DNA of 64,000 nt, taken from assembly GCF_006345805.1 (NCBI RefSeq), contig NC_043006.1, positions 64,976,001 through 65,040,000 of the forward strand, in the 5' to 3' direction. The notes under the pieces were generated by a model, which was not told the DNA's origin, made no database searches, and worked only from the letters and a program-made list of their open reading frames with translations. Of this stretch, positions 1 to 12,049 are shown piece by piece. Position 1 is the first letter of the stretch. Each line of letters starts with the position of its first letter. Origin of the DNA: Octopus sinensis. Taxonomy: Eukaryota. The translations under genes and the position numbers were made by a program.

Positions 1-214
1 TTCCATGAAAAGCATGTCTGCTCATGAGGAAATATTAGCTTGCTTGGAAAAAAAAGTGAGGGTTGGTGACAAGAAGGTCATTTGCCAATAGAAAAATATC
101 TGCCCCACGCAAGCATGGAAAAGCGAACCTCAAACTTCTGGGTTTTCCATCTTTCACTTTCTCTGGGTTAATCTCGCTGATTTCCGTCCCTCTAGATGTC
201 AATATGTGGAAGCA

Positions 215-495
215 CATGGCCTAGAGGTTAGAGCAGCGTACTCGTGGTCGAGGGATTGCGGGTTCGAATCTCAGACCAGGCGATGTGTGTATTTATGAGT
301 GAAACACCTGCGGGTCCGGCAGAAATTAATGGCAAACTTCTGCTGACTTTTTTGCCACAACTTTCTCTCACTCATTCCTCCTGCATCTTGCAGCTCACCT
401 GTGACAGACGAGCGTCCCGTACTGGTGGGGAACCTATATGCCAAGGAAACCGGCCCTATGAGCCACGAATGGCTCGAGAAGGAACAAACAACAGA
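215..495 (+). mobile_element. tRNA-derived SINE (family D)
   Basis: A-box-like TGGCCTAGAGG and B-box GGTTCGAATC in a tRNA-like head; related heads at about 14225-14520, 15035-15270, 19570-19855 and 30066-30300. Confidence 0.7.
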
Positions 496-861
496 CGTCA
501 ATATTGGAATAAAAGATTTAGAGAATATGAAGGTCCTTAAATGTAATCTATGACAAAAAGAAAAAAGATTAAAATTAATCCTTCTGACTAAACTTAATAG
601 ATCAGGGGTCCTAAACTGTTGCTTTCAGGGCCACATGTGGCCCGCAACCATCCTTTTGGTGACCCCCAACAGCCTTCCTGTGTATAGATAATGATAAATG
701 CAAAATTCTTTCTGTCCAGGGCCCCAGTATCTCAGTCTTCACATACATATTATATCTTTTTGGAATCAGGATAATCTCAGAACTGAAAATCTGCCCTTCA
801 TTTGGTTCTTGAACATCCAGTATTGTGATCGGGTCTGGATGAGGATTTGTTATATGCTAAC

Positions 862-1230
862 ACAGTGGTTCCCAACCTGGGGTCTAAAAGGTATTAGTGG
901 GGGTCCATGAACTAAATTCAAAATTTCATAATATAAATATATGCATAAGGATAAGCATACTGAAAAGGGTCCATGGGAAATAGATAAAAGGGTTGGAAAC
1001 CACCGTGAAAAGGGTTGAAAATCCAAATTTTAAATGAACCAACTTTTAAGCTAGTTCCAAATAAGAATCAAAAAGAGGCAGACAGATTACCATAATTAAA
1101 TAATAAAATTAAGATGGTTGAAAATGTTTTAAGAATTCACTTGTGTTTTACTTTTTTTGGTGCAGCCCACTAAAAAGATTCAGATTTTGGATCTGGTCTA
1201 GATATTAAAAAAATTTGAGAACCACAGGGA
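862..1230. mobile_element. hAT-type MITE remnant
   Basis: Starts CAGTGGTTCCCAACCT and ends TTGAGAACCACAG, like the ends of the hAT MITE at 13186; target-site duplication (TSD) not evident. Confidence 0.45.
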
Positions 1231-1402
1231 GAGATACTAAATGTTGAAAGCTTAATTCTGTAATTAATTGATTTCAGTCCAAAGAGAGCTAGGAATCAGA
1301 AATCAAAGGTTAAAGGGCAGGAAATATTCAATGTTACTATTAACGTACTGAATGGAATGAGATGGAATTGAAACCCTGGTTGTGTGTTCTTGGTGTTCTT
1401 AC

Positions 1403-1461
1403 CTGTGGTTCAAAACAGCAGTCACCTCATTCATCTGTTGCATCCAGTTGGACACAATATT
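1403..1461 (-). CDS. Candidate internal exon (59 nt) of an unidentified gene
   Basis: Minus strand: ATTATTAG acceptor and CAG|GTAAGA donor; phase-0 reading NIVSNWMQQMNEVTAVLNH has no stop. No homology recognised. Confidence 0.2.
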
Positions 1462-1679
1462 CTAATAATCAGGTGTTCAAAAATTAAAACTGATCACCAG
1501 GTGTTCCTCAGAGAAAACAGACAACCAGATATTCACCAGATGAAAATGACCACCAGATGTCCAAAAACTTTTACAGTCATTTTAATTTCTTGTATCTCCA
1601 GTTTTAGTCTTTTCCCTTGTACAGTTCCCAACATCTCAGCTTCTTATTACCATTAGAAGTAATTATTATTGTTATTGTT

Positions 1680-2870
1680 AGCATGGACAAAATGCTTATC
1701 AGCATTTTTTCCAATTCTATTCAGTTCTGAGTTTAAATTCCAACAAGGGTGACTTTACCCTTCATCCTTTCAGGATTGATAAAATAAGTACCAGTTGAGC
1801 ACTGGATTGATATAATTGACCAAGCCCCTCACACCAAAATTTCAGGCATTGTGCCAATATCAGAAAGGATTATTATTATTGTTATAATTATTATTATCAT
1901 CATCATCATCATTAAGGCAGTGAGCTGGCGGAATCATTAGCATGCTGGACAAAATGCTTAGTGATATTTCGCCGGTCACTACATTCTGAGTTCAAATTCC
2001 GCTGAGGTCAACTTTGCCTTTCATCCTTCTGGGGTCAATAAAATAAGTACTAGTTGAACACTGGGATTGATGTAATCGACTCATCCCTACCTCCCCCAAG
2101 CTGCCCTTGTGGCATAAATTTGAAATAATAATTATTATTATTATTAAGGCAGCGAGCTGGCAGAATCGTTAGCACGCTAGGCAAAATGCTTAGCGGAATT
2201 TTGTCTGTCTTTATGTTCTGAGTTCAAATTCTGCCAAGGTCGACTTTGCCTTTCATCCTTTCAGGATTGATTAAATAAGTACCAGTAGTGCACTGGGGTC
2301 GATCTAATCTCCCTCCCCCAAAATTTCAGGCCTTGTGCCTATAGCATAAAAGATTATTATTATTATGAAGGTGGTGAGCTGGCAGAATCATTAACATGCT
2401 GGGTAAAATGCTAAGCGGCATTTCGTCTGTTGCTATGTTCTGAGTTCAAATTCCACCAAGGTCGACTTTGCCTTTCATCCTTTCGGTGTCGATAAATTAA
2501 GTACCAGTGATGCACTAGGGTCTTTAATCGACTAGTCCTCTCCTCCAAAAATTCAGGCCTTGTGACTAGACTAGAAAGGTTTATTATTATTATTATTATT
2601 ATTATTGCTCCTTCTTCAAAACTTACTGAGGTTGATTTTATTTTTATTTATCTATAGTTGATAAAACTGAGCACCAATCAAATACTGGAGCAAATTTGAT
2701 TGACCAATTCCCTCTTAAAATTTCTGACCTTGATGGCTATGTGAAAAGATAATTATTACTGTCCAGTTAATTGGCAGAATCAGTAGAGTGTTAGAAAAAA
2801 TGCCTTGTGGTATTTGTTTCGGATTTTCATTTTCTGAATTCATAGCCCACCTAGATCAACTATCATTTAC
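1680..2870 (+). mobile_element. Tandem array of about 5-6 tRNA-SINE family A copies
   Basis: Repeated unit of about 220 bp (GGCGAGCTGGCAGAATC...GAGTTCAAATTCC...GCCTTTCATCCTTTC...AAGTACCAG...GGCCTTGTGCC) separated by (ATT)n. Confidence 0.9.
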
Positions 2871-3233
2871 ATACGTTCTTTATGGGACATTATTTAATAA
2901 ATAAATAATTGATACATCATCATCATTTGATGTCCATTTTCTATGCTGGCATGGATTTGACTGGAATTGGTAAGCCAGAAAACTGCATTAGGTTCCAATT
3001 GTCTGTTTTGGCCTGGTTTCTATGGCTGAACGTCACTTCCTAATGTCATTTAATAGAATAATATACTAGCTAAGGAGTAGTCAGGGATCTCATGACAGGC
3101 TGAAGAGACCTGCTACTAGTGCTATGTAAACAAGTATTTACTACCTGTTCCATGGTTGGGGTGGTCGATGACTAAACTGCCCCACACCCACCCCACTTGA
3201 ATAGCTTGCTGTTCTTGTGAGAAGGGGGTCTGA

Positions 3234-3600
3234 CTACATGGTTCCTGACCACATGGTTCCTGGTTCAGTCCCACTGCGTGGCACCTTGGGCAAGTGACCG
3301 CTACTATAGCCTCGGGCTGACCAAAGCCTTGTGAGTGGATTTGGTAGATGGAAACTGAAAGAAGCCCATTGTATATATATGTTTGTGTGTCTGTGTTTGT
3401 CCCCCCCATCGTCGCTTGACAACTGATGTTGGTGTGTTTACATCCCTGTAACTTAACGGTTTCGCAAAAGAGACCGACAGAATAAGTACTAGGCTTACAA
3501 AGAATAAGTCCTGGGGTCGATTTGTTCAACTAAATGGCTGTGTTCCAGCATGGTCACAGTCAAAATGACTGAAACAAGTAAATGAATAAATAAATAAAAG
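3234..3600 (+). mobile_element. tRNA-derived SINE family B (CORE-like)
   Basis: GGTTCAGTCCCACTGCGTGGCACCTTGGGCAAGTG...GGAAACTGAAAGAAGCCC...GTCAAATGACTGAAACAAG; many copies in the window. Confidence 0.85.
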
Positions 3601-4157
3601 TCAGAATCAGGTAATGTTATGGCAAGATCCGATGGGAGAAATCACACTTAATCATGAACACTTCAATCGTAGTGCCATTAATTCACTGTAAAGCATACAA
3701 TACATGAAGATGACCAATTAAGCATCAGGCTCTATGTGACTGACTGGCCCCTTTCTCTCTCAAAATTGCAGGCCTTGGAGGCAAACTATCATCATCATAA
3801 TCATCATGTTTGCATGGGTTGGATGGAATTTGTTGAGGTGGATTTTCTATGACTATACACCTTTCCTGTCACCAACTCAGAAGATGGGGAACAAATGCAT
3901 ATCACTATGACGACGATGATGATGATTTACATCCCTTACATGTCTAGACATGGATGCATACAAATACACACACACACACATACACACACGCATACATACA
4001 CACACACACATCTTTCATTTCCCTTAGGCACATTGATACTAATAACCTGGTGTTAGAACTTAAAATACATTTCCAATATCTGACATAATTTTTTATTCCT
4101 TTGTCATTTTCATTCCTAATTATCCTTCTGTGTGTGTTTGTATAATATATATATATA

Positions 4158-4326
4158 GGCACTGGAGTGGCTGTGTGGTAAGTAGCTTGCTTACCAACCA
4201 CATGGTTCTGGGTTCAGTCTCACTGCGTGGCACCTTGGGTAAGTGTCTTCTGCTATAGCCTCAGGCTGACCAAAGCCTTGTGAGTGGATTTGGTAAACGG
4301 AAACTGAAAGAAGCCCATCGTGTGTG

Positions 4327-4357
<31 letters not shown>

Positions 4358-4880
4358 TTGTGTCTGTGTTTGTCCTCTTTCAACATTGCCTGACAACTGA
4401 TGCTGGTGTGTTTATGTCCCCGTAACTTAGTGGTTTGGCAAAAGAGACTGATAGAATAAGTCCTGGGGATGATTTCCTTGACTAAAGGCGGTGCTCCAGC
4501 ATGGCCGTAGTCAAAGTAAAAGAATATATAGACACACACACATATATATATTCTCTTTTACTTGTTTCAGTCATATGACTGTGGCCATGCTGGAGCACCA
4601 CCTTTAGTCGAGCAAATTGACCCCAGGACTTATTGCTTGTAAGCCTAGTACTTATTCTATTGTTTTTTTTGCCAAACCGCTACATTACGGGGACGTAAAC
4701 ACCCAAGCATCGGTTGTCAAACAATAGTAAGTGGGGAGAAACACAAACACACACATATACAATGGGCTTCTTTCAGTTTCTGTCTACCAAATCCACCTGT
4801 CCAAGGTGCCACACAGTGGGACTGAACCCGGAACCATGTGGTTGGTAAGCAAGCTACTTACCACACAGCCACTCCTGTGC
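4158..4880. mobile_element. Two family B SINEs in inverted tail-to-tail orientation
   Basis: Plus copy at about 4158-4523 and minus copy at about 4549-4880. Confidence 0.85.
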
Positions 4881-4881
4881 C

Positions 4882-4921
<40 letters not shown>

Positions 4922-4926
4922 ACAGA

Positions 4927-5193
4927 GCGGCTAACCAGCTTCCATGCCAGTGGCACATGTAAAAAGATTCGAGCGAGGTCGTTGCCAGTACCGCCTGACT
5001 GGCCCCCGTGCCAGTGGCATGTAAAAAGCACCCACTACACTCACAGAGTGGTTGGCATTAGGAAGGGCATCCAGCAGTAGAAACTCTGTCAGATCAAGAT
5101 TGGAGCCTGGTGCAGCCATCTGATTCGCCAGCCCTCAGTCAAAATCATCCAAGTCATGCTAGCATGGCAAGCGGACGTTAAATGATGATGATG

Positions 5194-5195
<2 letters not shown>
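4927..5195 (+). mobile_element. Repeat family C (retroposon-like, (GAT)n tail)
   Basis: GTTGGCATTAGGAAGGGCATCCAGC...ACGTTAAATGATGATG; copies also at about 7098-7392, 29490-29860, 48870-49065, 49520-49950, 52420-52650 and 54845-55125. Confidence 0.8.
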
Positions 5196-5235
<40 letters not shown>

Positions 5236-5240
<5 letters not shown>

Positions 5241-5515
5241 TAGCTTACATTCCCTATGCCAACTATTACTCATTAAGAAGGAAAAATTAACATCATTATG
5301 GGAATTTCTATTCAAACGCTCAATTGAGCTCTCAAAAATTGATGGCAACTGAGCATTTGCGAGTTTTCGAAAAATTCTGGCCTTATTCAAACTTCAGGTC
5401 ATGTGATCTACCTATGTGTCAAAAAAATCATTAAAATTGGTTGGATGGTGTGGGAGGAGTTAGAGTAACCCCAAACACACACAGACACCATTACACATTT
5501 ATGTATATAGATATA
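5236..5515 (+). mobile_element. Possible Helitron/Helentron-type non-autonomous element
   Basis: Begins ACTAG in a TA run, has an AAAATTGGTTGGATGGTGTGGGAGGAGTT motif and (CA)n, and ends TATATAGAT; resemblance recalled, not searched. Confidence 0.35.
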
Positions 5516-5609
5516 TATATAAAATTTAATAAAGTATTATTACTTTTCAACCCTGTCTAGTATTAGTATCTCCTGTCAAAGCATTGAGCTGGTCAACTTC
5601 TTTTAGACA

Positions 5610-7075
5610 ATTGGCTTCTTACTATATCAAACTATCACAGCATGTACTCCCAAGAGGTCAATAAAATAAAGTATCGGTCAAGTACTGGAATCAAGGGTAT
5701 TGTCTAAATTCCTCCCATTAAAATTGCCGGCCTTGTGCCTTTTTATTCGCAGGAATTATTAGAGCAGTTCATGAAATGCTCTGCAGTGTTACCTCTAGCT
5801 CTCAACTTCTGAGCTCACCAAGGTCAACTTTTCTATTTATCCTTCTAGGGGTCAATGAAGTAAAGTACAATCAAGTATTGGGGTTAATGGTACCAACTAA
5901 CCAACAGACCCTTCCCATCAAAATTGTTGGCTTTGCACTGAAATCAGAAATTATTATTATCATTATTAGTATTTAAGGTGGCGAGCTAGCAGAATCGTAG
6001 GCACACCAGGCGAAATGCTTAGTGGTATTTCGTCTGCCACTACATTCTGAGTTCAAATTCCGCTGAGGTTGACTTTGCCTTTCATCCTTTCAGGATTGAT
6101 TAAATAAGTACCAGTTATGCACTGGGGTCGATGTAATCAACTTAATCCCTTCCCCCAAATTTGAGACCTTATTAAAGTGGTGAGCTGGTAGAGTCGTTAG
6201 CATGCTGGACAAAATGCTAAGCATCAATTCGTGTTTTTACATTCTGAGTTCAAATTCAGCCGAGGTCAACTTTACCATTCATCCTTCTGGGATCTATAAA
6301 AACAAGTACCAGTTGAATACTGGGGTCGATGTAATCTTCTTGCCACCTCCCCCTCTCCTACTATCACCACCGAAATTGCTGGCTTAGTGTCAAAATTTGA
6401 AATCAATATTATTATTAAGTTGGTGAGACAGATTCGTTAGCTGGACAAACTACTAAGCAGCATCTTCATCTGTCTTTATGTTTAAAATCAGCCAAGGATG
6501 ACATTACCTTTTATCCTTTTGGGGTCAAAAAAATAAGTACAAGCTGTATACTAGGGTCAGTATAATTGATTAGTCCCCTACCCACAAAATTTCAGGTATT
6601 GTGCCTAAAATAAAGAGGATTATTATTATTATTATTAAGGTTGTGAGCTGGCAGAATTGTTAGAACCCTAGGCGAAATACTTAATGGTATTTAGTGTTCT
6701 GAGTTCAAATTCCACCAAGGTTGACTTTGCCTTTCATCCTTTTGGGGTCGACAGATCAAGTACCAGTTGAGTACTGGGGTCGATGTGATCGACTTAATCC
6801 CCCTCCCTACCAAATTTCAGGCCTTGTGCTTATAGTAGAAAGGACTATTATTATTATCATTATTATTGTTATTACCTAAAGGTGGCATGTTGGCCAAAAT
6901 GCTCGGCAGCATTTCATTTGTCTTTATGTTCTGAGTTCAAATTTTGCCAGGATCGACTTCACTGGTCATCCTTTCAGGATCAATAAAATAAATACCAGTT
7001 GAACACTCGGGTTGATTTCATCAACTTAGCCCCTACCCTCAAACCTGTTGATCTTGTAGCAAAATTTGAAACTAT
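5610..7075 (+). mobile_element. Tandem array of about 7 family A SINEs
   Basis: Same unit as 1680-2870, all on the plus strand, joined by (ATT)n; another copy at about 7404-7615. Confidence 0.9.
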
Positions 7076-8032
7076 TATTACTATTATTATTATTATTCGA
7101 GCGAGGTCGTTGCCAGTACCACTGGATTGGTTCCTGTGCAGGTGGCACATAAAAAGCACCATTTGAGCATGGCCATTGCCAGTACCGCCTGACTGGCCCT
7201 CATGCCGGTGGCACGTAAAAGCATCCACTACACTCTCGGAGTGGTTGGCGTTAGGAAGGGCATCCAGCTGTAGAAACTCTGTCAGATCAGATTGGAGTCT
7301 GGTGCAGCCATCTGGTTCGCCAGACCTCAGTCAAATCATCCAACCCATGCTAGCATGGAAAGTGGACATTAAACGATGATGATGATGATGACTATTATTA
7401 TTACGGCGGTGAGCTGCCAGAAACATTAGCATGCTGGCCAAAATGCTTAGCAGCGCTTTGTCCATCTTTATGTTCTGAGTTCAAATTCCACCGAGGTTGA
7501 CTTTGCCTTTCATCCTTTCAGGGTTGATAAATTAAGTACCAGTGAAACACTGGGTTGATATTAATGACTAGTCCTCTCCCACAAAATTTCAAGCCTTGTT
7601 CCTTTAGTGGAAAGGATTATTATTATTATTATTGATAGTTCCATTATTGTTGCTTGGTTTTATAAGAGCTGTCTCAAGTCTCACCCTGAGAGCTTAAGTA
7701 ACAGCAAACTGGACGTTTTGCTATGTGGGGTCAATGTAATCGACTTAATCCCTTTGTCTGTCCTTGTTTGTCCCCTCTATGGTTAGCCCCTTGTGGGCAA
7801 TAAAGAAATAAATTATTATTATTATTATTGTTATCATTATTATTACAAATGGAAAATAAATAGAAAAAAATTATTTTGTTAAATTTATTCCGATACAATC
7901 AATATATAATACAATTCATGTTTGACTTCAATCCTCATTCACGTATTAAACTCTTTCTCACTCACTCACCCATGCAAACATTTACATATTAATATTCCAA
8001 AATGAAAAAAAAAAAAAAAGAATTTCTCTTAC

Positions 8033-8052
8033 CCCAGTAATGTCCAAAATGT
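8033..8052 (-). CDS. Candidate 20-nt micro-exon
   Basis: Minus strand ATATTTTCAG|ACATTTTGGACATTACTGGG|GTAAGA in a transposon-poor stretch. Confidence 0.2.
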
Positions 8053-8284
8053 CTGAAAATATGATACATCATAAAATACATATGATACATCATTAAAAAA
8101 TATATATGTTTATATGACACATCATACACACCAACAAAAAAAAATATTTAAAACAAAAACAACTATATATTTAAGCCTTCAGGAGGATGGCTGGCTCAGG
8201 GGAGACTTAGAGGAATTTAAATATGAGGCTATTGCATATTTTGGGCAAAGTGCAAAACACCTACATATACATACACACATATTA

Positions 8285-8328
<44 letters not shown>

Positions 8329-8409
8329 ATATACACACACACAATGTATGTATATATATATATATGTGTATGTATATAAATATACATATAAATGCATATA
8401 TATATACAC

Positions 8410-8577
8410 ACAAATATTCTATAATTATAAGCATAATTATAATTAGGGGTCAGCTAATTGCTTCACCACGCACAGTAGCAGAAAAGGAATTTTAACTCCT
8501 ATTTCTAAATTCGGTGCATGGTGAAGCAATTAGCTGACCCCTAATTATAATTATGCTTATAATTATAGAATATTTGT
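8410..8577. repeat. Fold-back inverted repeat with perfect 59-bp arms
   Basis: 8410-8468 is the exact reverse complement of 8519-8577. Confidence 0.95.
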
Positions 8578-8648
8578 ATAATTTTACCTAAAAAGGTTAT
8601 TTTAATGTACTGATCTACTTGGTAAAATTATTAATTAATTTTACCCTT

Positions 8649-8688
<40 letters not shown>

Positions 8689-9067
8689 TGCATACATTTA
8701 TATGTATATATCTTGGAAGAGGAAGAGAAAAATAATGGGAGATTGTGTGATTCCTGCCTTTCCTAAGATGTGAATGAAAACAGATGGTTCCAATGCGTAG
8801 GACTGAATCAATGTCGGAGAAATGATACGCTAAAAACCTGCTTCTTACCCCATTATTTTATCATCCAGGTATATTTAAGTACTAAAGATGTATTATATTG
8901 CTCACTAAAACTTGTGTTTTTCTTACTTAATAAAACTTGAACTACAAAACAAACTTTTAGCTTCAGTTTAAATAAAAAAGAATCCATCCTCTATAACATG
9001 TTTTGAGCACACTTTTTCTCATTTGTCCTACCTTAAGCAAAGTATGTGTTTATATACACACATATAT

Positions 9068-9073
9068 ATAAGT

Positions 9074-9137
<64 letters not shown>
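9068..9137. repeat. (TA)n microsatellite (representative; many others, e.g. 5196-5238, 14007-14043, 16155-16190)
   Basis: Direct reading. Confidence 0.95.
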
Positions 9138-9230
9138 TTGTAGTTGAAATTCATAGAAAAACAAAAGATGAAGACAGGTGTATGAACAACAAGCAAGTGT
9201 ATTAGTTTGACGCTCGGGAAAATAAAAAAA

Positions 9231-9265
9231 GTCTTTTATATTTCGAGCCTATGCTCTTCAACTGA
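9231..9265 (-). ncRNA. Degenerate minimal hammerhead-like motif in a short repeat
   Basis: Minus strand CAGTTGA-A-GAGC(ATAG)GCTC-GAAA-TAT-A; stem II is perfect but core positions 4 and 6 deviate. Confidence 0.35.
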
Positions 9266-9353
9266 TAGGAATAAGAGAAAATAAACAGAGAGAGAATGAA
9301 AAAAAAAAACTTGTAGATTTCAATGGTCCAGCATATGTATACATGAGACTGTA

Positions 9354-9387
<34 letters not shown>

Positions 9388-10072
9388 AAATTATAAGTTA
9401 GGGTATCTGAGAGATACCACCACGCTGAAATAGCAGTCAAAACCTGACCCTAAAGTCACATTAGATGTTCATATAGCACTAGGAGAGTGCTATATTCCCA
9501 TGCTGGCCACTTGATAAGATTGATATTTAAATATCTATCTTATTCTTATTTATAAATATATATATATATATATGTATGTATGCACACACACACACACACA
9601 CACACACGCATATATATACATGCACATTAAAATGTGACTGCATAAAAAGCCTATCTTAACTGTGTAAATCTAATTAGATCAAAAGAGAAATGCTGATGCA
9701 ACCCTCACCTGCCTCTCATTGCTTTGGTTCCCTCATTCCAGTGGACAACTTGCCACCCCAAGAATCTCAGATGGCTAGACTAATATGCCAACCAATGTCT
9801 TTCAAGGTAAATATAGACAAAAGCATTGAAGTGAGCGTTGTGCAAGTAATCGATTCACATTTGTGGGGAACGGATATCCCTCATTGTAATCATCATCATC
9901 ATCATTTAACGTCTGCTTTCCATGCTGGCATGGGTTGGACAGTTTAGCTCCTGTCAAACCATCCAACCCATGGCAGCATGGAAAATGGATGTTAAACAAT
10001 GATGATGATGACCAGAATGTGTGATGTATATTTCAGCTTGAATCCTGTATCACAAGTACATGAAAGTGCTCA

Positions 10073-10112
<40 letters not shown>

Positions 10113-10116
10113 CATA

Positions 10117-10349
10117 CAGGGTTAGCCAAAAGTCATCTGACAGTAAATCAAAACCATTAATTCCAAGATTTATTTATGTTTAACAACTGAAAGAGACTTT
10201 GCTAAAAAAGTCAAATTTTGGCAAAAACAATGATTTTAACTCACAGCATTCAATTACTAAACATTCATAATTGGAATGAATAAATACAATTGAATATTAA
10301 GTATTTATGGAATTTTGATTTACTGTTGGGTGACTTTTCGCCAACCCTG
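10117..10349. mobile_element. Tc1/mariner-type MITE
   Basis: Imperfect terminal inverted repeats (TIRs) of about 37 bp (CAGGGTTAGCCAAAAGTCATCTGACAGTAAATCAAAA / TTTTGATTTACTGTTGGGTGACTTTTCGCCAACCCTG) flanked by TA. Confidence 0.8.
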
Positions 10350-11058
10350 TATATATATATATATATATGTCAGCTTTGTGTAGCTTCATGTATTCACATC
10401 TGAGATGGAGACAAATACCAATGTTCCCATGTGGCAGGCTTGATAATTGTTGAGAGATTTTTCCTAACATGGTATCATTGGTAGCATTGTGTCAACCCAC
10501 AAATAAAGTGTGTATACACACACACACACATCATCATCATCATTCATGCTAGCAACGGTTGAACAGTTTGACAGGATGCAATGTGTCCAAGGGCTGCATC
10601 ATATTCCAGTGTCTGTTTTAGCACAGTTTCTATGACTGGGTGCTCTTCCTAATGCAAACCATTATACAGCGTAAACTGGGTGCATTTTTGGTGCCACTGA
10701 CCCTACTGAGATTGCCATACAGCTCACAGCTCCCCTAGGTTGGGGAAGTCAGTTTTATGCTAGTGGCTTAAGGGATTTATCTCCAGAAAAGAGAAGCAAT
10801 GCAAATTTTTGTGGGGTACCTGCATGGTTACTTACATCTAGTAGGGGAAAAAGAAAGCAGAGAAAATGAACAGTAGGAGCTGTAAGAGATAAATAATGGT
10901 GATAAGGTGCCTAGATGACCCCACAAGGTACAAGGTAAATTGAAGAATAAGTTTGCAAGATGTATAGGAAGGAGGAGGGGAGGTAATGGAGAGGAAGACT
11001 GCCAGAAAGAGTAGGGCTGAAAGGTAGATAAACCATACATACATATATATATATACAT

Positions 11059-11332
11059 AATTGCAGCATGGAAGGTGTTTATAAGCCATTTAAGAAACAC
11101 ACAAAAACCATTAGATTCACTTCAACTTTTAAATTTAATTTGCCAAAATATTTTTGTTGCTTTGAGACAACGACCTGTTCGCTGACAAAATTTTGTGCTG
11201 CATCTTGTGAGTGAACAGGTTGCAGTCTCAAAGCGATGAAAATATTTTGGCAAAGTAAATTTAAGTGTTGAAGTGAATCTAACAGTTTTTGTGTGTTTTA
11301 AATGGCTTATTAAAACCTTCCACACTGCAATT
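11059..11332. repeat. Imperfect palindrome with arms of about 130 bp (inverted pair of one repeat)
   Basis: 11059-11188 aligns to the reverse complement of 11205-11332 with scattered mismatches. Confidence 0.9.
11204..11254 (+). ncRNA. Minimal type I hammerhead-like motif with G3-C8 core (second copy on minus strand 11138-11190)
   Basis: CTTGTGA-GTGAACA-G-GTTGC(AGTCTCAAA)GCGAT-GAA-AATATT-T-TGGCAAA: stem I, core, stem II, GAAA, palindromic stem III, UUU triplet. Confidence 0.6.
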
Positions 11333-12049
11333 GTCTTCGTTCCAGCACACAATCTCAGATCAGGTCACTTGCTATGCAAGTACATCTCTGTAATATATAT
11401 ATGAGAGAGATGCATATACATATATATATATATAAATAGCCAAAAGATGAGATCCAGAGATTCTTAGTAAAGAAGACACTTAGTAGCGCTCAAATGATTC
11501 AAACTTAGGTAAAGAACAGATATAAGAGGAATCAAGTTGAGCAGATATGGAGGCATTTATCTGCATAATTGCCTCTATATATGTGAATACGCTCATACAC
11601 ATGCAGATATATATAATAGGTAAAGGGGAATGAAGAAGCAGATGTTTGTGCTTCCAAATATCTTTGGCAAGTTTAGAACATTTCCTCTCAGCTTTTCTAC
11701 AATACTAAATGTGTACATTCTCCTTAAAAAAGAACACAGAGACAGGTTACATAACAGACCCAAAGTAATAATTTATTTCTAATTTTGGCCAGTATTTTGT
11801 TTGTGGGAAGAAAACATGCAATTACATTAGATTCCGATGCTTGACTGGTATTTCCTCTCAATGATCCCAAAAAGATGAAAAGCAAAGTTGATTTTAGCAA
11901 GATTTGAACTCAAAACTTTAAGAGCCGTGACAAATAATGATTATTCTTTTATCTATACTTCCTCTTCATCTGCCATGATTAGGTGGTATGTGGTCAACCA
12001 ACATGAGCCATCAACCCAGCTAAGTACTTGGAGAAGAGAACATGGTAAA

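Noticed and set aside
8177-8260. EDGWLRG resembling an SH3 motif
   Set aside because: The flanking residues do not fit SH3 and there is no good donor.
9471-9495. 10-bp hairpin (also a 9-bp palindrome at 57392-57411)
   Set aside because: Too short to exceed chance in AT-rich DNA.
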